DNA of 64,000 nucleotides from Spirochaetota bacterium (GCA_036745755.1 DAIOFM010000008.1:8373-72372); one strand, 5' to 3'; positions 37,377 through 47,672 are shown, numbered from the stretch's first letter. Notes: generated by a model from the letters alone, not told the origin. Numbers and translations are program-made.

Positions 37377-38462
37377 CTAAAAATGTATCCCTGCTCCACC
37401 ATAAATTATACCAAGATTCATCGCTTCCTTGTCATAAAAAATTCTTTTATAGAGTGCGCCTGTTTTAATATAAAATGCTGAAAGGTTAATTTTAAATCCC
37501 AGTTCCGCCTCTGCAGCGGGATCATTTGTCTCCTCCTTCCCGAGAGTGGCTTCAAACGGTCCTTCAGGGGCAAGATCAATTCTTGAACGCACCATGCCTC
37601 CGCCGGCTGAAAAATATATGCCGAAATGCCTGAACACCTGGTATTTCAATCCAATCAGTGCGCTTCCTCCTACCGCGGAGAGGGTGGAATAGGTCTCCAC
37701 ATCCTTTCCATCTGAATCTGTGTAAAAATAGTCAACTTTCAGTGTAATATCAAGAAATTCCGTTATATCAAAGGTTATATAGGGGCTGTAATAAACCGCA
37801 TTGTTATAGGCATCTTTCCAGTCTCCTGAAAGCCAGATATAACCGGAATTCAGTCCGATAGACATAAGTGTGAACGGTTTTGCAATATAAAAGAAGGGGT
37901 AGTATACCTTCTCCTCGATCTCTCTTACAACTATGGCCTTTATTTTATCTTCAATATCCATTGACAGGGTGTCTGTTGTGTTTCTCAGGTAGAGACCGGT
38001 CTCCTCTCCGGTGGCCGTAGCCTCCTGAAGTTCATTTGTGGCGGCATTATAAATATATATTTTTACGTTCAGATTCTGTTCTTTGATTTCGTATCTGCCT
38101 GTTACGATAAAATCAGAGGATGTTTCTCTGGCAGTTGCTGATAGTATGCTTATATATTCAGGTCTGTTTATTATATTGATGTCCTTTCCTGCACCTGTAA
38201 GCTCGGATTTATTCCTTGTTACAGTTATTTTTTCAGACTCCTGCAGCTGTTTGGAAATTGTTTCAGGGAGAATGAAGGAGTAGTAGCTGTAATCTTTTAC
38301 TTTTGTTTTTCCTGCGGGCTCTTCCTGTACAGGTTTAACCATGCCGAAATTATAGATTGCTATTCTGCTTTTTTTTATAACAGGGGTTTCTTCGGCAGAG
38401 AGTATCCCCGTTGCGAGAAAAAGGATTGTTAATGTTATATTGACTATCAGTTTCATTTTCAT
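37377..38462 (-). CDS. Outer-membrane beta-barrel-type protein (signal peptide, C-terminal ...GGAGIHF)
   Basis: 361 aa. N-terminal signal peptide MKMKLIVNITLTILFLATGILSAEE. Alternating beta-strand pattern. Terminal aromatic residue. Confidence 0.45.
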   Translation of the reverse strand: MKMKLIVNITLTILFLATGILSAEETPVIKKSRIAIYNFGMVKPVQEEPAGKTKVKDYSYYSFILPETISKQLQESEKITVTRNKSELTGAGKDINIINRPEYISILSATARETSSDFIVTGRYEIKEQNLNVKIYIYNAATNELQEATATGEETGLYLRNTTDTLSMDIEDKIKAIVVREIEEKVYYPFFYIAKPFTLMSIGLNSGYIWLSGDWKDAYNNAVYYSPYITFDITEFLDITLKVDYFYTDSDGKDVETYSTLSAVGGSALIGLKYQVFRHFGIYFSAGGGMVRSRIDLAPEGPFEATLGKEETNDPAAEAELGFKINLSAFYIKTGALYKRIFYDKEAMNLGIIYGGAGIHF

Positions 38463-38514
38463 CAGTATTTTAGATTCAGGGTTGCTGTATTTGTTGCCGT
38501 AATTTTATAAATTT

Positions 38515-38541
38515 TATCGGTGATGTCAATGTATTTTTAAA
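38515..38541 (-). promoter_or_regulatory. Sigma-28-like promoter TTAAAAAT-N11-ACCGATAA upstream of the OMP gene
   Basis: Minus-strand ACCGATAA read as plus TTATCGGT at 38515-38522. -35 A/T block at 38534-38541. Confidence 0.45.
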
Positions 38542-38617
38542 TATACACTGCCGTACATCCCGGGAACAATAAAACAGCCGGAAACCTGAATACTCTCTGC
38601 ACCGGAATTTTCCTGCA

Positions 38618-39808
38618 TCAGGTGGAGTACTCGGCATTAATTTTAACATAATCATAGGAAATATCTGTTGTGAACATTACAGATTCACCTTTGCCAAGCC
38701 CCGCATCGATACTTATTGTGTAGTTCCTTCTTTTCAGAGACTCTTCAAGTTCACTATAATCAATATCGGTTGGTTTGCCTTTTATAAACAGAGGTTTATC
38801 ATTAAGATATATTGAAAGTTCCTTTTCTATGATTTCAGCCCCGGAATAGCCCGCTGCACAGGCTATTCTCCCCCAGTTCGGGTCGTTGCCGAATATTGCT
38901 GTTTTGACCAGGAGTGATTCAGCCACTGCCCTGGAGATCCGGTCGGCATCATCGTCAGTGGCTGCTCCTTTAACGAAAATTTTTACCCCTTTTGTGGCCC
39001 CCTCTCCGTCATCAATAAGCAGTTTTGCAAGGCTTCCCATAACATGCTCCAGGGCGATTATAAAGTCAGAGATTTCATTTTCATTACTGAAACAGTTTTC
39101 CGAGGCAGGGGAAAGGATTATTGCTGTGTCATTGGTTGACATATCTCCATCTATGGTGATCGCATTGAAGGTCTTTTTCACCAGTTTTCTGAAAGCAGCA
39201 TCCAGAATTTTTTTGTCAATAGAGGCATCTGTAACTATAAATGATAGCAGGGTGGCCATATTGGGGGCGATCATCCCGGACCCTTTCGCCACGCCGGCAA
39301 CCACGTATTCCTCCCCGTTTATTTCAAATGAAGCAGCAGCCTGTTTTGGGAATGTATCAGTGGTCATTATGGCTTCGGCGATTGTCGCGCCATTTTCCCG
39401 GGTAAGGGAGCCTGTGAGTTCATCATGGGCGGAGAGCATTTTGTCTGCCGGAAGCTGGCGCCCTATTATGCCTGTTGAGGCCATCAGTATGCTTTCAGGT
39501 GTTGTTCCGAGTTTTTCTGCGATATCCGATGTAAGATTTATTGTGTTATTATATCCTTCATCACCCGTGCATGCATTTGCATTTGTCGAGTTTATCAGGA
39601 TTGCCCTGATCTTGCCGTTTATCCTCTCTCTGCATATTTTTACCGGCGCTGCTGATATTTTGTTAATTGTAAATACTCCTGATGCGTTACACGGTGTATC
39701 GCTTACAATTAAAGAGTAGTCTATTTTATCTTTATATCTTATGCCGCATTTGATAGAGGAGTATCTGTACCCCTTAACATTTTCAAGTCCGCCGGAAAGT
39801 TCTTTCAT
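38618..39808 (-). CDS. argJ: Bifunctional ornithine acetyltransferase / N-acetylglutamate synthase ArgJ
   Basis: ATMLSFIVTDA autocleavage-site threonine motif. Start likely MKELSGG (the ORF track extends to 39889). Confidence 0.85.
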   Translation of the reverse strand: MKELSGGLENVKGYRYSSIKCGIRYKDKIDYSLIVSDTPCNASGVFTINKISAAPVKICRERINGKIRAILINSTNANACTGDEGYNNTINLTSDIAEKLGTTPESILMASTGIIGRQLPADKMLSAHDELTGSLTRENGATIAEAIMTTDTFPKQAAASFEINGEEYVVAGVAKGSGMIAPNMATLLSFIVTDASIDKKILDAAFRKLVKKTFNAITIDGDMSTNDTAIILSPASENCFSNENEISDFIIALEHVMGSLAKLLIDDGEGATKGVKIFVKGAATDDDADRISRAVAESLLVKTAIFGNDPNWGRIACAAGYSGAEIIEKELSIYLNDKPLFIKGKPTDIDYSELEESLKRRNYTISIDAGLGKGESVMFTTDISYDYVKINAEYST

Positions 39809-40124
39809 AATGTTCTCCACAAAGTAGTTATACAAATAATGCTTGCTAAAAGTCCCCTTATGTACGAAATATATAATAATATATTGCAAAATAGTTAAAA
39901 GCTCCCTGCAGTTTTATAGACAGGGTACGAAATAATGTTATATTAAAGAAAATGAGGAAATAGTATCTAAAAATCAGCATAAATGCATCTTTAAAAGAGA
40001 TCTTTTTGTTGAATTTCATGCAAGAATAAATTATCATTATAAACGATTTTATTATTAATGTTCAGTGATAAAAAAAAATATTGAAAAAAATATATAATAA
40101 AAATAGAGTAAGAAGATAACATAA

Positions 40125-40481
40125 ATGGACAGGTTCAGGTATATATCGGAAGTGGAAGTAAATCAGAAAGGTAAGGTCGTTGTGATAACTCTGCCGAAAT
40201 ATTTTTATATAGGGAATATTGTTGAGGTGGAGCAGAACTGGGATATTATTGTAAAAAAAGAACCTTCCGTAATCGGGTTTGACTGCGAAAAGCTGGAATT
40301 TATCGATTCATCCGCCATTGGTACTCTTGTGAAATTTTTTAACAGCTCTGTTAAAAACAATATAGAGATGTATGTATTCGGATTAAAAAGTGAACTTGTT
40401 AAGATTTTCGACACAACAAAGATCAACAGGGTCATGTCTGTCATTAAAAAATCTGAGTTTGAAGAGCGTTTTCTGAGCTGA
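40125..40481 (+). CDS. STAS-domain protein (anti-sigma-factor antagonist-like)
   Basis: 118 aa. SpoIIAA-like pattern DCEKLEFIDSSAIGTLVKFF. Confidence 0.55.
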   Translation: MDRFRYISEVEVNQKGKVVVITLPKYFYIGNIVEVEQNWDIIVKKEPSVIGFDCEKLEFIDSSAIGTLVKFFNSSVKNNIEMYVFGLKSELVKIFDTTKINRVMSVIKKSEFEERFLS

Positions 40482-40516
40482 TTTTAACCGGAATATCTTA
40501 ATTTTAGAATGAAATA

Positions 40517-40981
40517 ATGAAAAAATATCTGCCGGTATTTTTATTACTCTCTTTTTTTGCTACATCCTGTGCTACTTATCAGAGATCTTCAGCATCTTAT
40601 CTTCTTCACGGGCCTAAACGTTATTCAATTGTTAAAACCGCAAGGAAATATATAGGGGTAAAATATAAGTTCGGAGGGGAGTCCCCCGCAGGTTTTGACT
40701 GTTCAGGATATTCGCGTTATGTTTATAAAAAAAACGGGCTTCTGCTTCCGCATTCCGCCCAGCAGCAGTATGCCAGGGGTAAACGTATAGGTATAAGGAA
40801 GGCGCGACCGGGAGATCTGGTTTTTTTCAGGATTTCCGGATGGAAAATTTCTCATGTGGGGATTTATATGGGTGACTATACCTTCCTGCATGCGCCGCGA
40901 AGGGGGAAAAGAGTCAGTTATGAGGACATAAGAAAGAATTACTGGCGTAAAAGATATGCCGGTACTGTAACCTATTTCTGA
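40517..40981 (+). CDS. NlpC/P60 family cell-wall peptidase lipoprotein
   Basis: Lipobox ATSC. DCSGYSRYVY...H...H catalytic Cys-His-His pattern. Confidence 0.75.
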   Translation: MKKYLPVFLLLSFFATSCATYQRSSASYLLHGPKRYSIVKTARKYIGVKYKFGGESPAGFDCSGYSRYVYKKNGLLLPHSAQQQYARGKRIGIRKARPGDLVFFRISGWKISHVGIYMGDYTFLHAPRRGKRVSYEDIRKNYWRKRYAGTVTYF

Positions 40982-41208
40982 TCATCACCTGTCCCGTCTT
41001 CCCCGCTGAATTTCCATTTTTTCCATTTATCTTCTTCTTTGTCCTCTTTACCGCAACCTTTTCCGGAATTTTTTCCGCATGATTCGAAGTGACTTCCGTT
41101 ACTCTCCTCCTGCCCTCCGTCAGAAGAACCGTTATTTTCAGCAGCCGTACCCGGCAGCGGAAGAAATATTAATGAAATTATAATTAAAAAAGAAGAAATT
41201 TTTATCAT
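40972..41208 (-). CDS. Small secreted Cys-containing acidic protein (hypothetical)
   Basis: 78 aa. Signal peptide, CGKNSGKGC. Confidence 0.3.
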   Translation of the reverse strand: MIKISSFLIIISLIFLPLPGTAAENNGSSDGGQEESNGSHFESCGKNSGKGCGKEDKEEDKWKKWKFSGEDGTGDDQK

Positions 41209-41457
41209 AGCTCTGATTTATATCCTCCATATATTACAGTCTCTGAAATCGGTTGTTTGTTAAAATCTATTATTAAAATATCTGCATTGATCCAGAAAAT
41301 CTGTTTAATTGCAAGAAATATGATTCTTTTCTTTCGTATTAATAGCGCATTTTTACCTGAAATAAACCTGAGATTAAAGTTTAATTTAGTTGATATTTGC
41401 GCCGGCAGGTGAGATTAAATGTATCGGTTTTTATCTATATTGGCCGTGGCGGTAAAC

Positions 41458-42219
41458 ATGAAAAAAATGATTGTTGCTTTATTACTGGTTTTTTTCCCCT
41501 TCGCGGAATTTTCATGGGGGGATGTCTGTGGAGATTTAACTGATGATGTTATAAAAAAACAGCTGGATGTTGAAGAGTTCCGGGTCGTTTCAAAACGTGA
41601 AGTTAACGGCGTCTGTGAGCTGATTATTACTATAAACAGCAGGCTTATACCGTTTTACGGCAACAGAAAGTATCTAGTTTCAGGCGAAATGTATGTTAAT
41701 GGTGTTTCCCTTACGCGAAATGCGATTTATAATATCATTAAAACCCGGATTGTCTCTTCCCTGGGAGAGGTCAACAGGTGTGTTGTTTTCTCTTATAACC
41801 CTCCTGAAATAAGAATGGATACCACTCTCTATATGTTTACCGATCCCCTGTGCCCCTTTTGCAATAAGATAAGCGGTGAGATCAGGGAACTTTCTGACAG
41901 GCTCGGTTTTAAAGTCAAAGTCCTGCTTTTGAATGTGCATGGAGAGCGGGGCAGGGTGAAATGTATAGAGGCTATATGCCGGAATTCGGCTGACCCATCT
42001 TTTAATTTTATCGAATATAACAGGCCCGGGTGGAAAAAAAAGTCTGCTGAAACTGGTTTTCTCTGTAAGGAGGGGGGAAACCTTCTTGACAGGATAGACC
42101 TTCTTTCGGAAAAAATAGGTATAGATTCCGTGCCGTTTTTTTTCGTAGATGACGGCAGGCATGTAAGCGGTGCTTCCATAGAGGAAGTCAGGCTGCTTTT
42201 TAATGACAAAAGAAAGTGA
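41458..42219 (+). CDS. DsbC/DsbG-like periplasmic thiol:disulfide interchange protein (CPFC thioredoxin fold)
   Basis: Signal peptide MKKMIVALLLVFFPFAEF, N-terminal dimerisation-like region, CPFC active site. The ORF track starts at 41419. Confidence 0.5.
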   Translation: MKKMIVALLLVFFPFAEFSWGDVCGDLTDDVIKKQLDVEEFRVVSKREVNGVCELIITINSRLIPFYGNRKYLVSGEMYVNGVSLTRNAIYNIIKTRIVSSLGEVNRCVVFSYNPPEIRMDTTLYMFTDPLCPFCNKISGEIRELSDRLGFKVKVLLLNVHGERGRVKCIEAICRNSADPSFNFIEYNRPGWKKKSAETGFLCKEGGNLLDRIDLLSEKIGIDSVPFFFVDDGRHVSGASIEEVRLLFNDKRK

Positions 42220-42330
42220 CAGAGGTTCTTTTTTGTAATAAAAAAAGGCTTTTTGTAACATCTATGCATTAGTTCTTGACAGATAAATAATTGTTTATTT
42301 ATATAAACATGTTAATAAATTCGGAGATTT

Positions 42331-42813
42331 ATGCGGATTGGAATTTACCCTGGATCATTTGATCCTTTAACATATGGACATCTCGATATAATCGAGAGAG
42401 CAACAAAAATTTGCGACAGATTGATAGTGGGAATACTCGTAAATAGTGCTAAAAAGTCTTTGTTTGACCTTGAAGAAAGGGTGGAGATATTGAGGCACTG
42501 TTGTGGAGAGTATGATAAAAACATTGAAGTTGTATCGTTTGATGGCCTCCTGGTTGATTATTGCAGGGAGAACAATATATCCTGCATTGTAAGGGGGTTA
42601 AGGGCTGTAAGTGATTTTGAATATGAAATCACTCTGGCATCTATAAACAGAAGGCTCTCATCAAGCGTTGAAACGATCTTTCTAATGGCAAGGGATGAAA
42701 ATCTCTTTGTCTCATCCAGCCTTGTTAAGGAAGTGGCAATGTATAATGGCGATCTATCAACTCTTGTCCCTCCGTATGTGGCAGAAAAAATCCAACATAA
42801 ATTCTCCTCTTAA
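42331..42813 (+). CDS. coaD: Phosphopantetheine adenylyltransferase
   Basis: 160 aa. MRIGIYPGSFDPLTYGHLDII with the H/TxGH motif. Confidence 0.9.
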   Translation: MRIGIYPGSFDPLTYGHLDIIERATKICDRLIVGILVNSAKKSLFDLEERVEILRHCCGEYDKNIEVVSFDGLLVDYCRENNISCIVRGLRAVSDFEYEITLASINRRLSSSVETIFLMARDENLFVSSSLVKEVAMYNGDLSTLVPPYVAEKIQHKFSS

Positions 42814-42933
42814 AACGCGCTGAAGCTCTGCAGTTCTGCCCCAATCTGTTTCAGTGCGGGAATAGAAATATTCCAGGTCAATTATTAACAATGTTTTGAT
42901 TCTGTTGAAAATAGTTGGTAAGGGAGGTTTAAT

Positions 42934-44463
42934 ATGTTAACCATTATTTTAGTTATAGCTCTCCCTGTCACCGGATTCCTGGGATATGCACTACGTGCTT
43001 ATTTCGGCAAAATTAAACTGAATTCGGCTGAGGCCAGATCTCACAGGATAATCCAGGACGCACTTAAAGAAGCTGAAAATAAAAGAAAAGAATTACTTCT
43101 TGAAGCAAAGGATCAACTTCTGAAAGAGAAGAACCTTCTGGAAAAAGAGATGAGAGAGAGGCGGCAGGAGCTTCAGTCAGTTGAAAAAAGACTTATCCAG
43201 AAAGAAGAGACAATAGATACAAGAATTGAAGAGATTCAGAAACAGGAAAAAGTTCTCGACGTAAGGGATCAGGATACAAAAGAGAGAGAAGAGGAACTCA
43301 AAAAAGAGTTCGAAAAGCACAGACAGGAACTTGAAAAAATTGCAGGAATGAGTTCAGAAGATGCGAAGGGCATTCTTCTGAAAAAGGTTGAAAATGAAAC
43401 AAGATTCGATATTGCCAGGCTGATAAACAAGATCGAGGAGGAGGCCAGGAGGACAGCAGACAAGAAGGCGAAGGATATAATAGTTGCTTCACTTCAAAGA
43501 AATGCATCTGAGTATACTTCCGAAAATACTGTAACAACAGTTTCCCTTCCGTCAGATGAGATGAAGGGGAGGATTATCGGCCGCGAAGGGAGAAACATCA
43601 GGACACTGGAGAACCTCACCGGCGTGGATATGATTATTGATGATACGCCCGAGGTCGTAGTAATTTCAGGGTTCGACCCGGTCAGGAGGGAGATCGCGAG
43701 ACTTTCACTTGAACGGCTCATCCAGAACGGCAGGATTCACCCTGCGCGCATAGAAGAGGTTGTTGAGAAGATCACAAAGGAGATCGAGGAGACAATGCTG
43801 GAGGAGGGTGAAAAGGCCGCTTATAATCTCGGCATACCGGGGCTTCACAGGGACGCCCTCTATAACATCGGTAAACTCAAGTTCAGGACAAGTTACGGGC
43901 AGGACGTTCTTGCCCACAGTATAGAGGTGGCAAATCTCGCAGGTATTATGGCAGGTGAACTGGGGCTTGATGTTCAGCTTGCTAAAAGAGCGGGGCTTCT
44001 CCACGATATAGGAAAGGGAAGCATCGTTGAAGGTGAGGGCGCTCACGCTATCGTGGGAGCCGAGATGGCGAAGAAGTTCGGTGAAACGGATAAGTGTATA
44101 AATATTATCGCGTCACACCACAACGACAGGGAGCAGGAATCCTTTGAAGCAGTTCTTGTTCAGGTGGCTGATGCCATTTCAGCTTCAAGGCCCGGTGCCA
44201 GGAGGGAATCTCTTGACACTTATCTTAAGAGGCTTGAAAATCTTGAGAAAATCGCTTCTGATTTCAAGGGTGTTGAAAAGACCTTCGCAATACAGGCCGG
44301 ACGTGAACTCAGGGTCATGGTGGACAACTCCATCGTCACTGACGAAAAAGCTGAGGCAATGGCAAGGGATATTGCCCAGAGGATTGAATCTGAGCTTAAA
44401 TATCCAGGTATTGTAAGGGTAACTGTTATAAGGGAAACACGTATAATTGATTACGCACGTTAA
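42934..44463 (+). CDS. rny: Ribonuclease Y
   Basis: 509 aa. N-terminal TM helix, coiled coil, KH domain (GRIIGREGRNIRTLE), HD domain (LHDIGK). Confidence 0.9.
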   Translation: MLTIILVIALPVTGFLGYALRAYFGKIKLNSAEARSHRIIQDALKEAENKRKELLLEAKDQLLKEKNLLEKEMRERRQELQSVEKRLIQKEETIDTRIEEIQKQEKVLDVRDQDTKEREEELKKEFEKHRQELEKIAGMSSEDAKGILLKKVENETRFDIARLINKIEEEARRTADKKAKDIIVASLQRNASEYTSENTVTTVSLPSDEMKGRIIGREGRNIRTLENLTGVDMIIDDTPEVVVISGFDPVRREIARLSLERLIQNGRIHPARIEEVVEKITKEIEETMLEEGEKAAYNLGIPGLHRDALYNIGKLKFRTSYGQDVLAHSIEVANLAGIMAGELGLDVQLAKRAGLLHDIGKGSIVEGEGAHAIVGAEMAKKFGETDKCINIIASHHNDREQESFEAVLVQVADAISASRPGARRESLDTYLKRLENLEKIASDFKGVEKTFAIQAGRELRVMVDNSIVTDEKAEAMARDIAQRIESELKYPGIVRVTVIRETRIIDYAR

Positions 44464-44485
44464 TTAAGGCCTTATTTTAAAGGAA

Positions 44486-44518
44486 AAAGGGCTGCCCAAC
44501 GGCATCCCTTTTTTTTTC
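44486..44518 (+). terminator. Terminator-like hairpin between rny and ymdB
   Basis: AAGGGCTGCC-caac-GGCATCCCTT followed by T9. Confidence 0.4.
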
Positions 44519-44577
44519 ATGAAAAGTAATCGACAGATCATGGAAGTAAAGAGTAGAGGTCAATAAAGGATATAAAG

Positions 44578-45360
44578 ATGAAAGAAGTCAAAATACTCGC
44601 AATAGGTGATATAGTAGGGAAGGCCGGGAGAAGAGTTCTTGGCAATAAACTGCAGACCATTGTTGAGAGGGAGAGAATAGACTTTGTCATAGCCAACGGG
44701 GAAAACTCCGCGGGCGGGCTTTCCATGACGCCGGACATAACCCGTGAGATATTCTCATACGGGGTGGACGTGATTACCTCCGGAAATCACGTCTGGGGGA
44801 ATCACGACATTTTACAGATTATTGACAGCGAACCTTACCTGATACGCCCTGCGAATTATCCTCCTGATGTGCCGGGAAAGGGATATTGCATGAAGAGCTT
44901 CAAGGGCATTAATATTTGCGTGATAAACCTCATGGGGAGAGTGATGATGAATCCCATGGACTGTCCTTTCAGAAAATTTGATGAAATATATAAAGTCGTA
45001 AAGGATGAGGCTGACATAATTATTGTGGATTTTCATGCGGAGACTACTTCGGAAAAACAGGCTTTCGGTTGGTATGTTGACGGAAGGGCCTCTGCTGTTT
45101 TCGGCACGCACACCCATGTGCAGACTGCTGATGAAAGGGTACTGCATCACGGGACAGGTTATATCTCGGATATAGGGATGACCGGTGCCCTGGATTCTGT
45201 CATAGGAATGGTCAAGGAGCGCTCAATAAGGTTTTTCCTTACCCAGACAAGGGTGAAGTTTGAGCCCGCGGACGGGAACCCCTGGCTGAACGGGATTATA
45301 TTCAAGATAACAGATTCAGGTCAGACAACATTCCTGAGCAGAGTGCAGGAAAAGGGCTAA
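44578..45360 (+). CDS. ymdB: YmdB-family metallophosphoesterase (2',3'-cyclic-nucleotide phosphodiesterase)
   Basis: 260 aa. MKEVKILAIGDIVGKAGR, GNHVWG motifs. Conserved rny-ymdB pairing. Confidence 0.85.
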   Translation: MKEVKILAIGDIVGKAGRRVLGNKLQTIVERERIDFVIANGENSAGGLSMTPDITREIFSYGVDVITSGNHVWGNHDILQIIDSEPYLIRPANYPPDVPGKGYCMKSFKGINICVINLMGRVMMNPMDCPFRKFDEIYKVVKDEADIIIVDFHAETTSEKQAFGWYVDGRASAVFGTHTHVQTADERVLHHGTGYISDIGMTGALDSVIGMVKERSIRFFLTQTRVKFEPADGNPWLNGIIFKITDSGQTTFLSRVQEKG

Positions 45361-46277
45361 CCGAGCCCTTTAAGTTCATCAGGTGTGAACCTGTACTCTT
45401 TAAGACAGAAGGTGCAGGTCACTGTTGCCCCTCCGTCTTTTTCAATCATTTCCTGTATATCTTTTTTATCCAGGGTCTTCATGAGGTTAAGCAGCATGTC
45501 ATGGCTGCACCTGCATTTATGCGCAAGAGGTGTTGCGCTCATGATTTCAATGTCGCTGTTGTTAAAGAGCTCTTTCACTATTTCATAGATGTTTTCGCCT
45601 GCCTCTAACCTGTCTCCAAGGTTTCCCCTCATGTTCCTTACTTTCTCCTCCATCATGTCTATCACTGACTGCTCGGTGTCAGGGAATGTCTGTATCAGTA
45701 TGCCGCCGGATGATTTTATCTCTCCGTCATTATCGAGGTTGAGGCCTATTATTACAGCTGATGGGACCTGCTCAGAAGTAACAAGGTAGTAAGCAAGATC
45801 TTCAGCCACTTCACCGTAAAGAATTGGGGTCAGGCTGTTGTAAGGCTCCTTCATGCCGATGTCCTTTATTACCGTGATAAGCCCGGCGCCTATAGCTTTT
45901 GAAAAACTTATCCGCCCAATAGGATCTGTAACATCTACTGAGGGGTTAGCGACGTATCCCCTGAGGTTTCCGCAAGCATCAGCCTGTACGTGGACCTCTT
46001 TCAGCGGACCTTCCCCTGAGAATTTCAGAAGTATGCTCTGGCCTGTCTCAGGTTTAAGTGTCGCGCTGAGAAGCGCTGCAGCTGTTATTGTGCGGCCCAG
46101 CGCTACGGTGGCGTTAGGTGTGGTTTTGTGCGTCTTTGTTATTTCAGCCGCTGTTTCAGGTGATGTTACAGTGTACGCGCGGAGCTTGAGGTCCGCACAG
46201 TATATTCTCGATATCATGTCCATATAATTTCCTCTTTCAATAACTCTGTTCAGTGCCGAAGGCCCCTCTCCCTTCAA
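45357..46277 (-). CDS. hslO: Redox-regulated chaperone Hsp33
   Basis: C-terminal zinc centre CRCS...CTFC. The start may be the internal MDMISRIY. Confidence 0.85.
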   Translation of the reverse strand: MKGEGPSALNRVIERGNYMDMISRIYCADLKLRAYTVTSPETAAEITKTHKTTPNATVALGRTITAAALLSATLKPETGQSILLKFSGEGPLKEVHVQADACGNLRGYVANPSVDVTDPIGRISFSKAIGAGLITVIKDIGMKEPYNSLTPILYGEVAEDLAYYLVTSEQVPSAVIIGLNLDNDGEIKSSGGILIQTFPDTEQSVIDMMEEKVRNMRGNLGDRLEAGENIYEIVKELFNNSDIEIMSATPLAHKCRCSHDMLLNLMKTLDKKDIQEMIEKDGGATVTCTFCLKEYRFTPDELKGLG

Positions 46278-47103
46278 TGGGTACGAACCTGTATCCGCTG
46301 TACTCCCTTCTCAGAGCCTTTACGACGCTTTCAGCTGTTTCAAGTTTCGTCTTTACACCTTTTCCTATATAGTTGGAGCCTGCGTCAACATAGAATATTA
46401 CTCCCCCGGGATTTTTTTCAGCTTTTATATGCCCTCCATGGGTGGGCTTGAAGTTGAAACTTTCGCTTTTTAAAACGAAATGTGTCTCTTCATGTGGTTT
46501 TGTCCCTATGGAGTAGAATTTCGGGTCGTATGTTGATGTTGAGGGGACCATTGCTATATAGGTCATATGCTCTCCCGGTTTCAGGGTTTTAAGGTGCTCC
46601 CTGAACTTTTCCTTTCTCAGGGCATCGGGGTTGACCTGTTCCCTGAACCTGCCGATCTTCAGTTTCTGCTGCATCGGTATAAAAAGCGTGTTAAGTGAAT
46701 CCGTTTTTTTCAGGTAAAGAATGTATTCAGGCGTGAATGATGTTTTCATGAATTCCGCCATAGGTTTCTGCATGCCGGGGTTTTTCCCGTAAAGGGCCCA
46801 TGACTGCAGTATATCCAGGGCTGCCCGTGAGTCGGGGCCCTGGCTGAAACCTCCGGTGTAATAGTACAATGAATCTGTTTTATCGGGCCGGATGATCCCG
46901 GCATCCGCAAGGTATGATGAATCAGCAAGGTCTATGACGTTGACAAGTATATATCCACCTGATTCATCCTCACCTGTAAAAAATCCCTGCTGGTCTTTTC
47001 CGGAATTGATTCTTCGTATAACGCTTCTGGCAGGGATTTCTTCTCCGGGGGCCGCCTTTTTAAGTACCCCTTTTTCTATGAGAAATTCTATCTCTTCATT
47101 CAT
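46237..47103 (-). CDS. Hypothetical protein
   Basis: 288 aa. No recognisable motif. Confidence 0.35.
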   Translation of the reverse strand: MNEEIEFLIEKGVLKKAAPGEEIPARSVIRRINSGKDQQGFFTGEDESGGYILVNVIDLADSSYLADAGIIRPDKTDSLYYYTGGFSQGPDSRAALDILQSWALYGKNPGMQKPMAEFMKTSFTPEYILYLKKTDSLNTLFIPMQQKLKIGRFREQVNPDALRKEKFREHLKTLKPGEHMTYIAMVPSTSTYDPKFYSIGTKPHEETHFVLKSESFNFKPTHGGHIKAEKNPGGVIFYVDAGSNYIGKGVKTKLETAESVVKALRREYSGYRFVPIEGRGAFGTEQSY

Positions 47104-47672
47104 TTTATGAAATCCAGTTTATCTTCAGTGTTTATAGTGAGGGAAAACATCTCTTCTGTTATCCCTTCAATTGTGTTCCGCACGATAAGATTATCGTGAT
47201 GTGACTGTCTGAGAAAGCCCTCTTCAAGCATTGTTTCCAGCTGCCTGAGCAGCGGGGAATAGTATTCTTTAATGTTGAGGACACAGACCGGTTTTGTAAG
47301 GTATCCCAGCTGAACCCAGGTGAAAACCTCGAGAAGTTCCTCCAGTGAGCCTATACCCCCGGGAAGGCATATAAATCCGTCAGAGAGCCGGTACATCATA
47401 GATTTTCTTTCATGCATGTCGTTAACAACAAAGAGTTCACTTATATGTTTGTGAGGGACTTTCTGGTAGAGCATTTCCGGGATTACTCCTGTTACATGCC
47501 CCCCTTTTTCCATTACCGTGGATGAAATTATTCCCATGAGGCCCACATCTCCCCCTCCGTAAACAAGGCCTATTCCCCTGTCAGCTAAATAGCTGCCCAG
47601 TTTTTCGGCATATTCACTGTATACAGGGCTGTTCCCTTTGCTTGAACCGCAGAAAACGCATATTTTTTTCAT
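47100..47672 (-). CDS. LOG-family protein (cytokinin riboside 5'-monophosphate phosphoribohydrolase-like)
   Basis: VFCGSS..., GGGDVGLMG, PGGIGSLEEL motifs. Start likely MKKICVF (the ORF track extends to 47735). Confidence 0.8.
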   Translation of the reverse strand: MKKICVFCGSSKGNSPVYSEYAEKLGSYLADRGIGLVYGGGDVGLMGIISSTVMEKGGHVTGVIPEMLYQKVPHKHISELFVVNDMHERKSMMYRLSDGFICLPGGIGSLEELLEVFTWVQLGYLTKPVCVLNIKEYYSPLLRQLETMLEEGFLRQSHHDNLIVRNTIEGITEEMFSLTINTEDKLDFIK

